A DNA stretch of 48,601 nt from Nitrospirota bacterium (GCA_003246675.1 QJZQ01000143.1:1-48601); one strand, 5' to 3'. Positions 29,659 through 40,660 are shown, counted from the stretch's first letter. Notes: generated from the letters alone by a model not told the origin. Numbers and translations are program-made.

Positions 29659-31743
29659 TCATTCTTTTCCTTCCTTGTACTCCCGGTTCGCTTCCGCAAT
29701 GATTTTCTGTGAAAGGTGGTCCGGAACATCGTCGTAATGATCGAACTCCATGACAAAATTGCCGCGCCCGCCGGTCATCGATCTCAGGTCGGCGGCGTAA
29801 TTCATCACCTCGGCCATGGGAACCTGCGCCCGGATATTCTGGCTGTCTCCGCTTGCGTCGATGCCCTGAATACGGCCCCGCTTGGCGTTCAGATCCCCCA
29901 TGACGTCGCCTACGTGGTCGCTGGGCACCACGATCTCCATGTTCATGACCGGCTCAAGGAGAATGGGCTTGCAATCCATGACCCCTTTCTTGAAGCCCAG
30001 GGAACCCGCGATCTTAAATGCCATCTCCGACGAATCCACATCGTGATACGACCCGTCGTACAGACTCACCTTGACATCCACCATCGGGTAATGGGCGATG
30101 ACCCCCTGCGCCATCGCCTCCTGGATTCCCTTCTCCACGGCGGGAATGTAGGTCTTGGGAATCGCGCCGCCAACGATTTTATCCTCGAACACGAAACCGC
30201 CGCCCTTTTCCAACGGGGCGATTTCGAGCCAGGTATCGCCGTACTGGCCGCGCCCGCCGGTTTGTTTCTTGTATTTCCCCTGCACTTTCGTGTGCCCGCG
30301 GATGGTCTCCCGGTAGGGCACCCTGGGCGGCCGGACATCGACTTCGACGCCGAAACGCCTTTTCATACGCTCGATGATGATGTCCAGGTGCACTTCGCCC
30401 ATACCGGACATGAGCTGCTCGTGGGTCTGCACATCGCGTTCGATTTTGAGGGTGGGGTCCTCCTCGGTCATGCGGAGGAGGGCGGTGGATATTTTTTCTT
30501 CATCGGCCCGGGTTTTCGGCAGCACGGCGCGGGAGAGAACGGGCCGGGGGAACTCGATCGGCGGCAGCACCAGCGGGGCATTCTCCACCGCAAGGGTATC
30601 GCCGGTGGTGGTGACCTTCAGCTTGGCCACCGCACCCAGATCGCCGGCCAATATTTCGCCGACCGATACCTGTTTTTTACCCTGGATCAGATACACCTGC
30701 CCTACCCGCTCCGAACTTTCTTTCGCCGGGTTGTACACGCTGGAATCCGCCTTGAGCGTTCCGGAGAAGACCCGGAAAAGGGTGAGCTTGCCGGCATAAG
30801 GGTCGGCCACGGTCTTGAACACCAGGGCTGCCAGCGGCTCCTCGGGAGAACCCGTCCGCGTGACTTCCTCGCCGCCCTGAACTCCCTTGACGGCCGGCCG
30901 CCGGTCCGGCGAGGGCAGGTAATCGACAATCCCCCTGAGCAGCCGGTCGATGCCGATATTGAGCGTGGCGGCACCACACAAAACGGGAACAAGCTTGCCG
31001 CTCTCGATCCCCGCTTTCAACCCCTGGGCAAACTCGTCATCGGAAAGTTCACCTTTTTCCAGGTAAACCTCGATGAGTTCGTCGTCCACCTCGGCAATGG
31101 CTTCGGTGAGTTCGGCGCGGGCGGTTTCGACCTCGTCCCGGCTAGCGTCGGGAATGGGGCCCGAGACGCCCTCGCCCTTGCCCTCTTCGTAGGTGTAGTA
31201 TTTCAGATCGACCAGATCCACCAGGCCTTTCAGGTCTCTCCCTGAGGTCACGACGCGGTTGAGCAGAACGGGTGCGACGTTGAACTTCTTGCGGATGGCT
31301 TCGAGGATCGGCGAAATATTGGCCCGCTCGCTATCGCCCTTGTTGATGAAGACGATTTTGGGCAACCCCTCTTCGTCCGCCCATTGCCAGACCTTCTCGG
31401 TAAAGAACTGCACGCCATCATCGGCGCCGACCACCACCACCGCGCCGTCGACCACGCGAATGCAAGCGGGCGTGTCGGCGATGAAATTATTGTTGCCGGG
31501 GGTGTCGAGGAGGTTGATCTTCTTTTTGTCGAATTCGCAGAATGCGAGCGAGGCGTTGATGGATTGGCCCCGCTTGATTTCATCGGGGTCGTAATCCATC
31601 AGCGAAGAGGTGTCACCGACCTTTCCCAGCCGGTCGGATACTCCGGTGTTGAACAGGATGGCCTCGGAGACCGAGGTCTTGCCGGAGTGCCCGTGGCCAA
31701 TGAGGCCGACATTCCGGATGTCTTGCAGCTTGTAGGTTTTCAT
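29659..31743 (-). CDS. fusA: Elongation factor G (paralogue outside the str operon)
   Basis: GHGHSGKT, DTPG, NKGD, KKQTGGRGQYG, GSYHDVDSSEMAFK, LRSMTGGRG. Confidence 0.93.
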   Translation of the reverse strand: MKTYKLQDIRNVGLIGHGHSGKTSVSEAILFNTGVSDRLGKVGDTSSLMDYDPDEIKRGQSINASLAFCEFDKKKINLLDTPGNNNFIADTPACIRVVDGAVVVVGADDGVQFFTEKVWQWADEEGLPKIVFINKGDSERANISPILEAIRKKFNVAPVLLNRVVTSGRDLKGLVDLVDLKYYTYEEGKGEGVSGPIPDASRDEVETARAELTEAIAEVDDELIEVYLEKGELSDDEFAQGLKAGIESGKLVPVLCGAATLNIGIDRLLRGIVDYLPSPDRRPAVKGVQGGEEVTRTGSPEEPLAALVFKTVADPYAGKLTLFRVFSGTLKADSSVYNPAKESSERVGQVYLIQGKKQVSVGEILAGDLGAVAKLKVTTTGDTLAVENAPLVLPPIEFPRPVLSRAVLPKTRADEEKISTALLRMTEEDPTLKIERDVQTHEQLMSGMGEVHLDIIIERMKRRFGVEVDVRPPRVPYRETIRGHTKVQGKYKKQTGGRGQYGDTWLEIAPLEKGGGFVFEDKIVGGAIPKTYIPAVEKGIQEAMAQGVIAHYPMVDVKVSLYDGSYHDVDSSEMAFKIAGSLGFKKGVMDCKPILLEPVMNMEIVVPSDHVGDVMGDLNAKRGRIQGIDASGDSQNIRAQVPMAEVMNYAADLRSMTGGRGNFVMEFDHYDDVPDHLSQKIIAEANREYKEGKE

Positions 31744-32044
31744 ACGCGACCTTTCCCCAAAAAAGGTTCATCCGCCTCCGTCCGCGCGTCCTCCTCCTTC
31801 CCTGTCAAAACGTTCGCCTTCTCCCCCCTCGCGCAAGCTTTCCGCTTGCATGGACGGGAATTTCCCGTTCGCGAGATTACCCTCCTCTTACATAAACGGC
31901 AAATGCGGCGGCGTCAACTTTTTTTTCCGCACTACAGGGGAGAATAGCCCCAAACTCTTTATCGTTCAACACTTTTAATAAATTGGAATAAATCAGCTAA
32001 GAAATCACTTGAAGGAAATGCGGGCGGGGCGAGACCGAGGCGGG

Positions 32045-33373
32045 CTAACCTTTTTTTTCGTCCCTCGCCGTGAAGACGAGGCGCAGTGGTGTTCCCGTGA
32101 AGCCAAATTCACCGCGCAGGCAGTTGATCAGGTAACGGCGGTAGGAGAAATGGATGCCCTGAGGAAAGTTGACGAAGCAGCGAAATGTGGGCGGACGCGT
32201 CCGGACCTGCGCGCAATAAAAAAGCTTCATGAATTTGCCGCGGTAGTGGCTCATGGGGTTCTTGCGAACGGCATTCTCGAAGCACTGGTTGAGGCGGGCG
32301 GTGGGAATGGTGCGTGAATACTCTTCGTAAACTTCGACGACGCGGCTCAATACCTGCTCGACACCCCGGCCCGATTTGGCCGACACGGCCAGCACGGGAG
32401 CGAATTCCAGAAACTTGAGTTTTCTTGCAGCCTGCTCCTCGAAGCTCTCGAACGGGTTTTCCTGGCCTTTCATCAGATCCCATTTGTTGGCGACGATGAC
32501 GATGGCGCGGCCCCGGTCCAGCGCATAACCGGCAATGGCGGCGTCCTGATCCGTCACGCCTTCGGTGGCGTCGACAACGAGCACGGCGACATCGCAGCGA
32601 TCCATCGCTTTCAAGGACATGATCACGCTGTACTTGTCGAGCAGCTCGCGCGTCTTGCCCTTGCGGCGGATGCCTGCGGTGTCTACAAGCAGGAACGGGC
32701 GGCCGTTGAAGTTCAGGTGAGAGTCGACGGCGTCGCGCGTGGTACCGGGAATGGGCGAGACGATGGAGCGCTCGGCCTTGAGCCACTGGTTGACGAGCGA
32801 GGATTTGCCGACGTTGGGCTTACCGATGACGGCCACTCGGATGATACCCTCCTCCTGCTCTTCCTCTTCCTCTTGCTCGGGAAGCACCTCGGCGATGCCT
32901 TCGATGAGTTCGTAGACCCCGGTGCCATGCTCTGCGGACAGGGGATACACGGGATCGAGGCCGAGCGCGGCGAACTCCAGGTGCATGGGCTCGTGCCGGA
33001 GGTGATCCACCTTGTTGACGGCAAGAAAAAGGGGCTTGCCCGATTTTCGGACCTGGCCGATGACTTCCCTGTCGAGCGGTGTGAGGCCTTCCTGGTTATC
33101 CACCACGAAGATGATGACGTCGGCCTCGGCCTGGGCGAATTGGCCCTGGTCCTGCACACGCATCTCGATCTCGCCCTCCTCCCGGGGCATGATGCCGCCC
33201 GTATCGACAAGGCGGACGGGTTTCCCCACCCACTCGGCGCGGCCATAAATGCGGTCCCGGGTAACTCCCGGTGTATCGTGAACGATTGCGGTGCGCCGCT
33301 CGGTCAGCCGGTTGAACAGGGTGGATTTCCCCACATTGGCTCGGCCGATGATGGCGACGAGAGGTATTGGCAT
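32045..33373 (-). CDS. der: Ribosome biogenesis GTPase Der (EngA)
   Basis: Two GTPase domains (GRANVGKS/DTGG/NKVD and GKPNVGKS/DTAG/NKWD) and a KH-like tail FGFTGTPL. Confidence 0.97.
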   Translation of the reverse strand: MPIPLVAIIGRANVGKSTLFNRLTERRTAIVHDTPGVTRDRIYGRAEWVGKPVRLVDTGGIMPREEGEIEMRVQDQGQFAQAEADVIIFVVDNQEGLTPLDREVIGQVRKSGKPLFLAVNKVDHLRHEPMHLEFAALGLDPVYPLSAEHGTGVYELIEGIAEVLPEQEEEEEQEEGIIRVAVIGKPNVGKSSLVNQWLKAERSIVSPIPGTTRDAVDSHLNFNGRPFLLVDTAGIRRKGKTRELLDKYSVIMSLKAMDRCDVAVLVVDATEGVTDQDAAIAGYALDRGRAIVIVANKWDLMKGQENPFESFEEQAARKLKFLEFAPVLAVSAKSGRGVEQVLSRVVEVYEEYSRTIPTARLNQCFENAVRKNPMSHYRGKFMKLFYCAQVRTRPPTFRCFVNFPQGIHFSYRRYLINCLRGEFGFTGTPLRLVFTARDEKKG

Positions 33374-33392
33374 TGAACGTGTCCTGCCTTGG

Positions 33393-35546
33393 CTAGATGG
33401 TGGGTCCTCGGTCGTTCAGGAAATCATGAATTCCCTTGGCGATGGCCTGGGCGAGTTGCTCCAGGTACTTCGGATCCTTCAGTGAGTTTTCCTCGCGGCG
33501 GTGGGTGACAAAACCGACCTCCACGAGAATGCTCGGCATATTGGTGTCGTGCAGGACAAAGAAGGGACCTTCTTTTACACCCAGGTCTTTCACCTTGGGC
33601 TGAATCTTCTTGATGTTCTTGTACAGCTGGTCCTGCACATGGCCGGCCAGCATGGCGGAATCGTTGATCTTGGTGGTGCTGATGAGGCTTGCCAGGATCT
33701 GCTGCACCTGGTCATCCTTCACCGACTGCACCAGCTTGCCGTTTTCCCGGGCGGCGGTCTGCTGCGCCTGCGCACTGTGGCCGATGCCCAGGTAATAGGT
33801 CTCGATGCCATGCGCCGAACTCCGCTCGGCCGCATTGGCATGAACGGAAACGAAAAGATCGGCGCCGAGCTCGTTGGCCACATCGCCGCGCTTGTCGAGG
33901 GGAATGAAGGTGTCGTCGTCGCGGGTCATGACGACGCGGAACTTGTAACGGGTCTCAAGAATTTGTTTGAGCCGTTTGGAAACCTTCAGATTCACTTCCT
34001 TCTCGTGAAGGCCGTGGCGGCCCTGGGCTCCGAAATCCTTGCCGCCGTGGCCGGGGTCGAGCACGATGGTGGTGATTTTTTGGGCGACCCGGGCCGGAGA
34101 ATCTTTCGTTTGGGCCGAGCGGGAAGGCTCGGCAGGAGCAGACTGCGCAAGCAGGGCCAGCGGCTTCGTCGCCACCGGCTTTTTCGCCACGGGTTCGGCT
34201 GCGGGTTTGGCCACGGGTTCGGCTGCGGATTTGGCCGCGGCAATCGGGGCCGGCTCGGGCTCTTTCTCCGCCTTGGTGGGCTCCGGGGCTTTCGCGCCGG
34301 CCTCGGGTTTCTCGGTGATGATGGAATCCAGCAACGCCGTTACCGATTCCGTGTCCAGCACTTCGGCCCTGGGTTCTTCTTTGAGAACCTTATTTTCAGC
34401 AATTTTAGCGGGCTCCATGGGCACGGAAGGTGCGGGAGCCGTTTGGGCCAGAGGAATTTGCTGCGGCTCCGGCCGGGGTTCATCCCTGCTCTCGCGTTTC
34501 TCAGCGGCTGTCTGGCGGGCAAGGTCGTTGAGCAGCGCAAGCGCCGATGGGGCCTCCGCCATCTCAGGCCTTTGCTCGTCTCCGGAGTTTAGTTTCACGT
34601 CGGGGGCCGTTTCAGGGATGGGCAACATGGCCGTGGCCGGCCCGGGCGGGGCCAGCGGGACCCTCTGCCGGTTATCCCCCTGCTCCTCGCTGAGTTCGAT
34701 TTCGGTGAGGGCGATGATCAGTTTCCCGCCCTCGCGCCGGGTGGTGACCTTGAGTTTGTCCACCGGCTTGAAATCCAGCACGAGGCGGCTGGTGTTCTCG
34801 TTGAACTGGCTGGCCCGGATGCGGGACAGCGCGCCGCCCTTCACTTGCAGGTCGCGGGCAAAACCACCGCTCAGCCTGGCATTGGGAAAATTAAAATACA
34901 CCCGTGCAGGCTGGGTGAGCTTGTTCTGGGTCCACTCCAGCGGACCGCTGGCATTGGCCACGATTTGAATCGACCCGTCGGCGGCGACGGAGTAGTCGAT
35001 GCTTTCAAGCATCACCGAAGACGGCTCGGCGGCGGGCGCCTGGACACGGGCTCCAAGTTCATTCAGGCGTTTTTCGACCTTCTCCATATGGTCGCTGTCG
35101 GGGTAGAACTCGGCCACGCGCTTGAAGCGGCCGAGAGCCTCCCGCTTCTGGTTTTGCGCCAGAAGAATTTCCCCCTGGTGATACAGGGCGTCGTCGGTCA
35201 AACGGCCGTCGCCGTATTCGGCGATGACTTTGTTATAGAAATGCAGGGACCGGGCCCGGTCGTCCGGACGGTGGCTGATATCGTACAGCCGGTCATAAAG
35301 GCGGCCTGCGGTGAAAACCGACGTGTAGGCCTGCGCGCTTTTCGGCTGGTGGTCGTACACGGCGAGGAACTGCCCGATGCAATCCATCCAGCTGCTCCGC
35401 TCGGCCCGCCGGGCGGAGGACGCCTTCAGGCCGTAGTAGCATTGCTTTGCCCGATCGTACAGGCTGTCGAGGTGATCCGCCGCCCGCGCCGGGGTGACAC
35501 TCCCCCCCAGGGAAAAAATCAGCAGGCCCGCCAGGAGTCGCTTCAT
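33393..35546 (-). CDS. N-acetylmuramoyl-L-alanine amidase (TPR + AMIN + low-complexity linker + Amidase_3)
   Basis: LDPGHGGKD, E..VNL, SVHANA, PSILVEVGF; signal peptide; AMIN-like RIRASQFNENTSRLVLD. Confidence 0.9.
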   Translation of the reverse strand: MKRLLAGLLIFSLGGSVTPARAADHLDSLYDRAKQCYYGLKASSARRAERSSWMDCIGQFLAVYDHQPKSAQAYTSVFTAGRLYDRLYDISHRPDDRARSLHFYNKVIAEYGDGRLTDDALYHQGEILLAQNQKREALGRFKRVAEFYPDSDHMEKVEKRLNELGARVQAPAAEPSSVMLESIDYSVAADGSIQIVANASGPLEWTQNKLTQPARVYFNFPNARLSGGFARDLQVKGGALSRIRASQFNENTSRLVLDFKPVDKLKVTTRREGGKLIIALTEIELSEEQGDNRQRVPLAPPGPATAMLPIPETAPDVKLNSGDEQRPEMAEAPSALALLNDLARQTAAEKRESRDEPRPEPQQIPLAQTAPAPSVPMEPAKIAENKVLKEEPRAEVLDTESVTALLDSIITEKPEAGAKAPEPTKAEKEPEPAPIAAAKSAAEPVAKPAAEPVAKKPVATKPLALLAQSAPAEPSRSAQTKDSPARVAQKITTIVLDPGHGGKDFGAQGRHGLHEKEVNLKVSKRLKQILETRYKFRVVMTRDDDTFIPLDKRGDVANELGADLFVSVHANAAERSSAHGIETYYLGIGHSAQAQQTAARENGKLVQSVKDDQVQQILASLISTTKINDSAMLAGHVQDQLYKNIKKIQPKVKDLGVKEGPFFVLHDTNMPSILVEVGFVTHRREENSLKDPKYLEQLAQAIAKGIHDFLNDRGPTI
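34186..34233. repeat. 24-bp tandem repeat (2 copies) in the amidase linker
   Basis: GCCACGGGTTCGGCTGCGG(G/A)TTTG x2, encoding K(S/P)AAEPVA. Confidence 0.8.
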
Positions 35547-35665
35547 GTGCTTGAAAACCTAATCGAATGCCGCCGGGTTTGGCCCGGAGTGTTGACCCCG
35601 GACTTGAGAACTGCAAGTAAACTGACTGTAAATTTTGGCTAACTATATAATTTTATTAGGGTTGT

Positions 35666-35694
35666 ACTATACCATCTTTTCAGAACCGCGTCAA
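35666..35694 (-). promoter_or_regulatory. sigma70 promoter of amidase-der
   Basis: Minus strand TTGACG-N17-TATAGT with TG extension. Confidence 0.7.
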
Positions 35695-35806
35695 TCCATG
35701 CGGCGAAGCTAAACGGCGGTTTTTCACGGGTTTCCGGCGGGCGGCCGGGGGAAATATATTTTCTCGCCCGAGCCATCCATCGCGACGAATGTAATGAAAA
35801 AAATTT

Positions 35807-36538
35807 TCACATCCCCTGGCTGAGGCGGTCGGCGAGGTAGCGGGGCAGGCCCTTCTGGCGGATTTTTTTCTGGGTGCGGGAAATATCGTACTCGAAACGG
35901 TGAAACTCCACCTCCTGCAACTCCTGGTCGTAGAGGACGCAGGTCGGCCGGGGGTCGCCATCGCGCGGCTGGCCGAGGCTGCCCACGTTGATGAGATAGC
36001 GGTGGCCTTCCTTGAGTGGCACCCTGCCGCGGGGAATGGATTCGTTGATGCCGCCGTCGGGCGTCTCCTCGAGCACAAGGGGCTGGTGAGTATGGCCGAA
36101 AAAACACACGGCTTCCTGCATTTGATCGAAATTGTCCCTGCCATCGACGCGGGAGAGAATGTAATGCCATTCCTCCGGCTCGTGGGGTGAAGCGTGCGTC
36201 CAGTGGACACCGCCGGCGACCTGCTCGGCCGTCAGGGTGCTGAGGAATTTGGCGCTCTTTTTCGTCAGCGCCTTGCGGGTCCAGTGGCAGGACTCCAGAG
36301 CGTAGGGGTTGAAATAGGCCAGATCGGTTTTGCCCAGGGCCGCGTAATCGTGGTTGCCCGCGAGCACGATGTCGACATGCTCGCGAATCCAGTTGAGGCA
36401 GGGGTTGGGGTCGGCACAGTAGCCCACCAGGTCGCCGAGGCAGGCTTTTTTATCGTGCGGTATGCCTTCCGCCAGAGCCTCGAAGGCCCGGAGCGCCTCC
36501 AGGTTGCTGTGTACGTCGGAAAATATAAGAAATCGCAT
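35807..36538 (-). CDS. Metallophosphoesterase (calcineurin-like)
   Basis: SDVHSN, GDLVGY, GNHD, GHTH, NVGSLGQPRDGD. Confidence 0.92.
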   Translation of the reverse strand: MRFLIFSDVHSNLEALRAFEALAEGIPHDKKACLGDLVGYCADPNPCLNWIREHVDIVLAGNHDYAALGKTDLAYFNPYALESCHWTRKALTKKSAKFLSTLTAEQVAGGVHWTHASPHEPEEWHYILSRVDGRDNFDQMQEAVCFFGHTHQPLVLEETPDGGINESIPRGRVPLKEGHRYLINVGSLGQPRDGDPRPTCVLYDQELQEVEFHRFEYDISRTQKKIRQKGLPRYLADRLSQGM

Positions 36539-36563
36539 GAGATCTCACGGAGGAAACCCTTGA

Positions 36564-36995
36564 TCAGGAAGCGCTGGGGCGGGCGATTGAACCGGGCATC
36601 TCCTTGTAGATCTTGTCGAGAATGCCGTTGATAAAGTCCGGCGATTCATCGCTGCCGTATTTTTTCGCGATTTCGACGGCCTCGTTGATGGCCGCCTTGG
36701 GAGGCGTGTTTTTCAGGTAGATGATCTCGCACACGCCAAGCCGGAGCAGGTTGCGGTCGATCAGCGTCATGCGGTCGAGGGTCCAGTGCTCGCTGTATTT
36801 CTGGATCAGGGCGTCGATTTCCTTCAGGTGGCGGTGCACCCCCTTCACCAGCTCGACCATGAACTCGCGCACCTCCGGCTGGCAGAGGCATCTCTCCAGG
36901 AAGGGCTCGATCTGCGCTTCGAAGTTATCTTGATTGAATTCGATCTGGTAGAGGAACCTGAGCCCCAATTCCCTGGACGAACGGCGTTTCCCCAT
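36564..36995 (-). CDS. nusB: Transcription antitermination factor NusB
   Basis: MGKRRSSRE, WTLDRM, INEAVEIAKKYG, FINGILD; follows ribH. Confidence 0.95.
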   Translation of the reverse strand: MGKRRSSRELGLRFLYQIEFNQDNFEAQIEPFLERCLCQPEVREFMVELVKGVHRHLKEIDALIQKYSEHWTLDRMTLIDRNLLRLGVCEIIYLKNTPPKAAINEAVEIAKKYGSDESPDFINGILDKIYKEMPGSIARPSAS

Positions 36996-37012
36996 GTTCC
37001 TCGCTCCCGCTG

Positions 37013-37477
37013 TTAAATTTTCTTGTACAGATTGACCATCTCGATGGCGGCCATGGCCGTTTCCCAACCTTTATTGCCGGATTTTGCCCCGGCGCGCTCG
37101 ATGGCCTGCTCGATGTTGTCGGTGGTCAGGATGCCGAACAGAACCGGAATGGGAAACTCGCGCGCCAGCGCGCCCACCCCGCGCGCGGCCTCGCCGGACA
37201 CGTAATTGAAGTGCGGCGTCGCGCCGCGGATCACCGCGCCCAGGCAAATGACCGCATCGTACTTGCCGGAGGCGCACATTTTCCGCGCCGCCATGGCAAT
37301 CTCGAACGCACCGGGAACCTTGACGACCGCCACCGATTCTTCCGCCGCGCCATGGCGAACCAGGGCATCGACGGCGCCGCCGGTGAGACGGCTGGTGATG
37401 AAGTCGTTGAAACGGCTCACCACAATGCCAAAGCGAAACCCCTCCGCGTTCAGCCCTCCTTCGATCTCTTTGACCAT
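37013..37477 (-). CDS. ribH: 6,7-dimethyl-8-ribityllumazine synthase
   Basis: [26 protein letters not shown]. Confidence 0.97.
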   Translation of the reverse strand: MVKEIEGGLNAEGFRFGIVVSRFNDFITSRLTGGAVDALVRHGAAEESVAVVKVPGAFEIAMAARKMCASGKYDAVICLGAVIRGATPHFNYVSGEAARGVGALAREFPIPVLFGILTTDNIEQAIERAGAKSGNKGWETAMAAIEMVNLYKKI

Positions 37478-37532
37478 AGTTGACCTTTCTCTAAATTCTC
37501 ATCGCCTTTCCGGCGGGAACACAAACCCTGAA

Positions 37533-38744
37533 TCAGGAAATATTTTTCATCATGTGCCCGAGTTTCTCCTGCTTCGTTCTCAGGTATTTGATGTTGTCCT
37601 TTTTGGGATGGATTTCGATGGGCACCCGTTCGACGATCTCCAGCCCGTAGCCTTCCAGGCCGACGATCTTCCTCGGGTTGTTGGTCAGCAGGCGGATCTT
37701 GCCCAGACCGAGCTTGCTCAGAATCTGCGCTCCGATGCCGTACTCCCTGAGGTCGGGCTTGAAGCCCAGCGCCTCGTTGGCCTGTACCGTGTCCTGCCCG
37801 GTGTCCTGCAGGGCGTAGGCCTTGAGCTTGTTGACGATGCCAATGCCCCGGCCTTCCTGGTAGAGATACAGGAGGACGCCCCGGCCCTCCTTCTCGATCA
37901 TTTCCATGGCCTTTTTCAACTGTTCGCCGCAGTCGCAGCGATAGGAGCCGAACACGTCGCCGGTGAGGCACTGCGAGTGCACGCGCACGAGCGTCGGCAC
38001 CGCCGGGTCGATCTCCCCTTTCACCAGGGCGATATGGATCTGGTCGATCAGCACATTGCGGAAGGTGACCGCGCTGAAATCACCCTGCGGAGTCGGCAGG
38101 GTGGTGGTGACGACTTCCTCGACCAGGGTCTCCTGATGCAGCCGGTATTCGGCGAGATCCTTGGTGGTGATCATCTTCAGGCCGTGGGTTTTGGCGTATT
38201 GCGTCAGCGTGGGCACCCGCGCCATGGTGCCGTCGTCGTCCATGATCTCGCAGATCACGCCGGAAGCATCGAGGCCGGCCAGGCGGGACATGTCCACCGA
38301 CGCTTCGGTCTGCCCCATGCGTACGAGCACGCCTCCATCGCGGGCTCGCAGCGGGAAAATGTGCCCCGGCTTGACCAGGTCGCCCTTCGCGCTTTCAGGG
38401 TTGATGGCGACGCGGATGGTCTGCGCCCGGTCGGCGGCGGAGATGCCCGTCGTCACGCCTTCCTTGGCGTCGATGGAAATGGTGAACGGCGTCTCGAAGA
38501 GAGACTGGTTGTCCTCCACCATCATGCTGAGGCCGAGTTCGCGCGTGCGCTCCTCGGTGAGGGCGAGACAGATCAGCCCGCGGCCGTACTTGGCCATGAA
38601 GTTGATGGCCTCGGGGGTCACTTTTTCCGCGGCGATCATCAGATCGCCCTCGTTTTCCCGGTCCTCATCGTCGACGATGATAATGAGTTTTCCCTGGCGC
38701 ACATCTTCCAGGGCTTCAGGAATAGAACTGAATGGCTTGCTCAA
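37533..38744 (-). CDS. ribBA: Bifunctional DHBP synthase / GTP cyclohydrolase II
   Basis: [45 protein letters not shown]. Confidence 0.96.
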   Translation of the reverse strand: MSKPFSSIPEALEDVRQGKLIIIVDDEDRENEGDLMIAAEKVTPEAINFMAKYGRGLICLALTEERTRELGLSMMVEDNQSLFETPFTISIDAKEGVTTGISAADRAQTIRVAINPESAKGDLVKPGHIFPLRARDGGVLVRMGQTEASVDMSRLAGLDASGVICEIMDDDGTMARVPTLTQYAKTHGLKMITTKDLAEYRLHQETLVEEVVTTTLPTPQGDFSAVTFRNVLIDQIHIALVKGEIDPAVPTLVRVHSQCLTGDVFGSYRCDCGEQLKKAMEMIEKEGRGVLLYLYQEGRGIGIVNKLKAYALQDTGQDTVQANEALGFKPDLREYGIGAQILSKLGLGKIRLLTNNPRKIVGLEGYGLEIVERVPIEIHPKKDNIKYLRTKQEKLGHMMKNIS

Positions 38745-38762
38745 AACGTTTTCCTTCGAATT

Positions 38763-39416
38763 TTACAGGAATCCATGTTTCCGGAGAGAATCCAAAGACA
38801 CGCCGCTCTCCCCCCGGGCGGCCCCGAGAATGGTTTCGCAGGCTTTAAGGACGTATTTGCCAATGATATCACATTCGATATTGACCCTGTCGCCTATTTT
38901 CCGCCCCTTCAGGTTGGTGTGCGAAAGGGTGAAGGGAATGATCGATACGGTGAAGCGGTTATCCTGACAGGCAAAGGCGGTGAGGCTGATGCCATCCACC
39001 GCGACGGAGCCTTTTTCGACGATCAGCGGCGCAAGCTCTTTGGGGTGCTCGAAGCGAAACAGGGTCTCCCCCGGCCGCGAATCGATAGACACCACCGTCC
39101 CCATCTGGTCGACATGGCCGGAGACAAAATGACCGCTCACTTTCTGCGACGGCGTGAGCGAACGCTCCAGGTTGAGCACCTCCCCTTCCCGGATATCCTG
39201 GAAGCCGGTGCGCGCGAGGGTCTCGCCGCTTAAATCCACCGTGAAGCGGTTGGCCTCCGCCGTGCGGACGGTCAGGCACACGCCGTTGACGGCGATGCTC
39301 TCGCCGAGTTCGAAACCGGTGAAATCGTCCCCGGTGCGGACGGTGACCTCGGCCCGCCCCTCGGAACGATGGATCTTCGCCACCTGGCCCTGGCTTTCGA
39401 TGATGCCGCTGAACAT
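38763..39416 (-). CDS. ribE: Riboflavin synthase
   Basis: [46 protein letters not shown]. Confidence 0.96.
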   Translation of the reverse strand: MFSGIIESQGQVAKIHRSEGRAEVTVRTGDDFTGFELGESIAVNGVCLTVRTAEANRFTVDLSGETLARTGFQDIREGEVLNLERSLTPSQKVSGHFVSGHVDQMGTVVSIDSRPGETLFRFEHPKELAPLIVEKGSVAVDGISLTAFACQDNRFTVSIIPFTLSHTNLKGRKIGDRVNIECDIIGKYVLKACETILGAARGESGVSLDSLRKHGFL

Positions 39417-39422
39417 GTCGAT

Positions 39423-40565
39423 CTATCCTTTAATAGTCGTTGGTGCGTTGCGCGGCCGGCCTTCCAGCATCCAGTCGCAGCCGACGGCGGTGACGCTGAG
39501 CCGTTCGAGCTTAAGCGCCTCGGCCATTTTTCCCGCGCCCAGGCCGCCCACCGGCCCGGGGGCGGCTTTGCCGCCGATGATGAGCGGGGCAACGAACATC
39601 GCGACACTATCCACCAGGCCCGCACCGAGCAGGCTGGCCGAAAGTTCGCCCCCGCCCTCGACGAGCAGGGAGGTGATTTCGCGCCGGCCCAGTTCATCCA
39701 TGAGCTGATTCAGGTCGAGGCCGCCCGCATTTTCCGCGATGGGCAGGACCTCCACCCCCATTTTTTCCAGACGGCTTTTTCTCGCGCGGGGAAACTCCGG
39801 CCCCGCCGCGAGAAGCACGCGCCCGGCGCCGGCGCCGGCACCATCAAAAACCCGCGCGCGCGTCGGAACACGGCCGAGACGGTCCAGAATAACACGAATG
39901 GGAGCGCGCGGCTTCCTTCCCGGCAAGCGGACGGTCAGTTGCGGGTCGTCCGCGACCACCGTCCCGGTGCCCACCAGAATGGCATCCACCCCGGCGCGCA
40001 TCTCGTGCACAACGCGGCGGGCCCTGGCTCCGGTGATCCAGCGCGAGTCCCCCTTCCGCGTGGCGATCTTACCGTCCAGCGACATGGCGGTCTTGAGAAG
40101 GGTCCACGGACGGCCGCTGACGATGTATTTGTTGAACGCGAGGTTAATCTCGCGGCAATCCTTTTCCAGCACACCGCAGAGCACCTCGATGCCGGCCCGC
40201 CGGAGGGCGCGAAGGCCCCGGCCGGCCACTTGCGGGTTCGGGTCCCGCTGGCCCACCACCACCCGCCGCACCCCGGCGCGAATGAGGGCCTCGGTGCACG
40301 GAGGCGTGCGGCCATGATGGCAGCACGGTTCCAGGTTTATGAACAGGTCCGCCCCTTGCGCCCGGCCTCCCGCCTGCCTGAGAGCGAGGATCTCGGCATG
40401 CGGCCCGCCCGCCTTGCGATGGTAACCCTCGCCCACCACGCGGCCATTTTTCACCAGCACCGCACCCACGATGGGGTTGGGCCGGGTGCGCCCCTTGCCC
40501 TTCAGAGCGAGTTCGATGGCGCGGCGCAGGTGCTTTTCGTCGCTCTTGGATGCGGTATGTGCCAC
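39423..40565 (-). CDS. ribD: Riboflavin biosynthesis deaminase/reductase RibD
   Basis: PNPIVG, HAE, LEPCCHHGRTPPC, SLDGKIAT, LLVEGG. Confidence 0.96.
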   Translation of the reverse strand: MAHTASKSDEKHLRRAIELALKGKGRTRPNPIVGAVLVKNGRVVGEGYHRKAGGPHAEILALRQAGGRAQGADLFINLEPCCHHGRTPPCTEALIRAGVRRVVVGQRDPNPQVAGRGLRALRRAGIEVLCGVLEKDCREINLAFNKYIVSGRPWTLLKTAMSLDGKIATRKGDSRWITGARARRVVHEMRAGVDAILVGTGTVVADDPQLTVRLPGRKPRAPIRVILDRLGRVPTRARVFDGAGAGAGRVLLAAGPEFPRARKSRLEKMGVEVLPIAENAGGLDLNQLMDELGRREITSLLVEGGGELSASLLGAGLVDSVAMFVAPLIIGGKAAPGPVGGLGAGKMAEALKLERLSVTAVGCDWMLEGRPRNAPTTIKG

Positions 40566-40624
40566 AAGTGTCCCCTGTTCAATAACCCCTTCCGCCCGGC
40601 AGCGGGCCGCCGGGTGATGGCAAC

Positions 40625-40652
40625 AGTATAACCGGGTTTGGAATTATGCCAA
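40625..40652 (-). promoter_or_regulatory. Putative sigma70 promoter of the rib operon
   Basis: Minus strand TTGGCA-N16-TATACT. Confidence 0.55.
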
Positions 40653-40660
40653 GAGTTGGA

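Noticed and set aside
37206-39233. 675-aa plus-strand ORF over the rib genes
   Set aside because: Antisense shadow of ribH/ribBA/ribE.
40566-40660. FMN riboswitch upstream of ribD
   Set aside because: The leader is too short and lacks the conserved FMN aptamer sequences.
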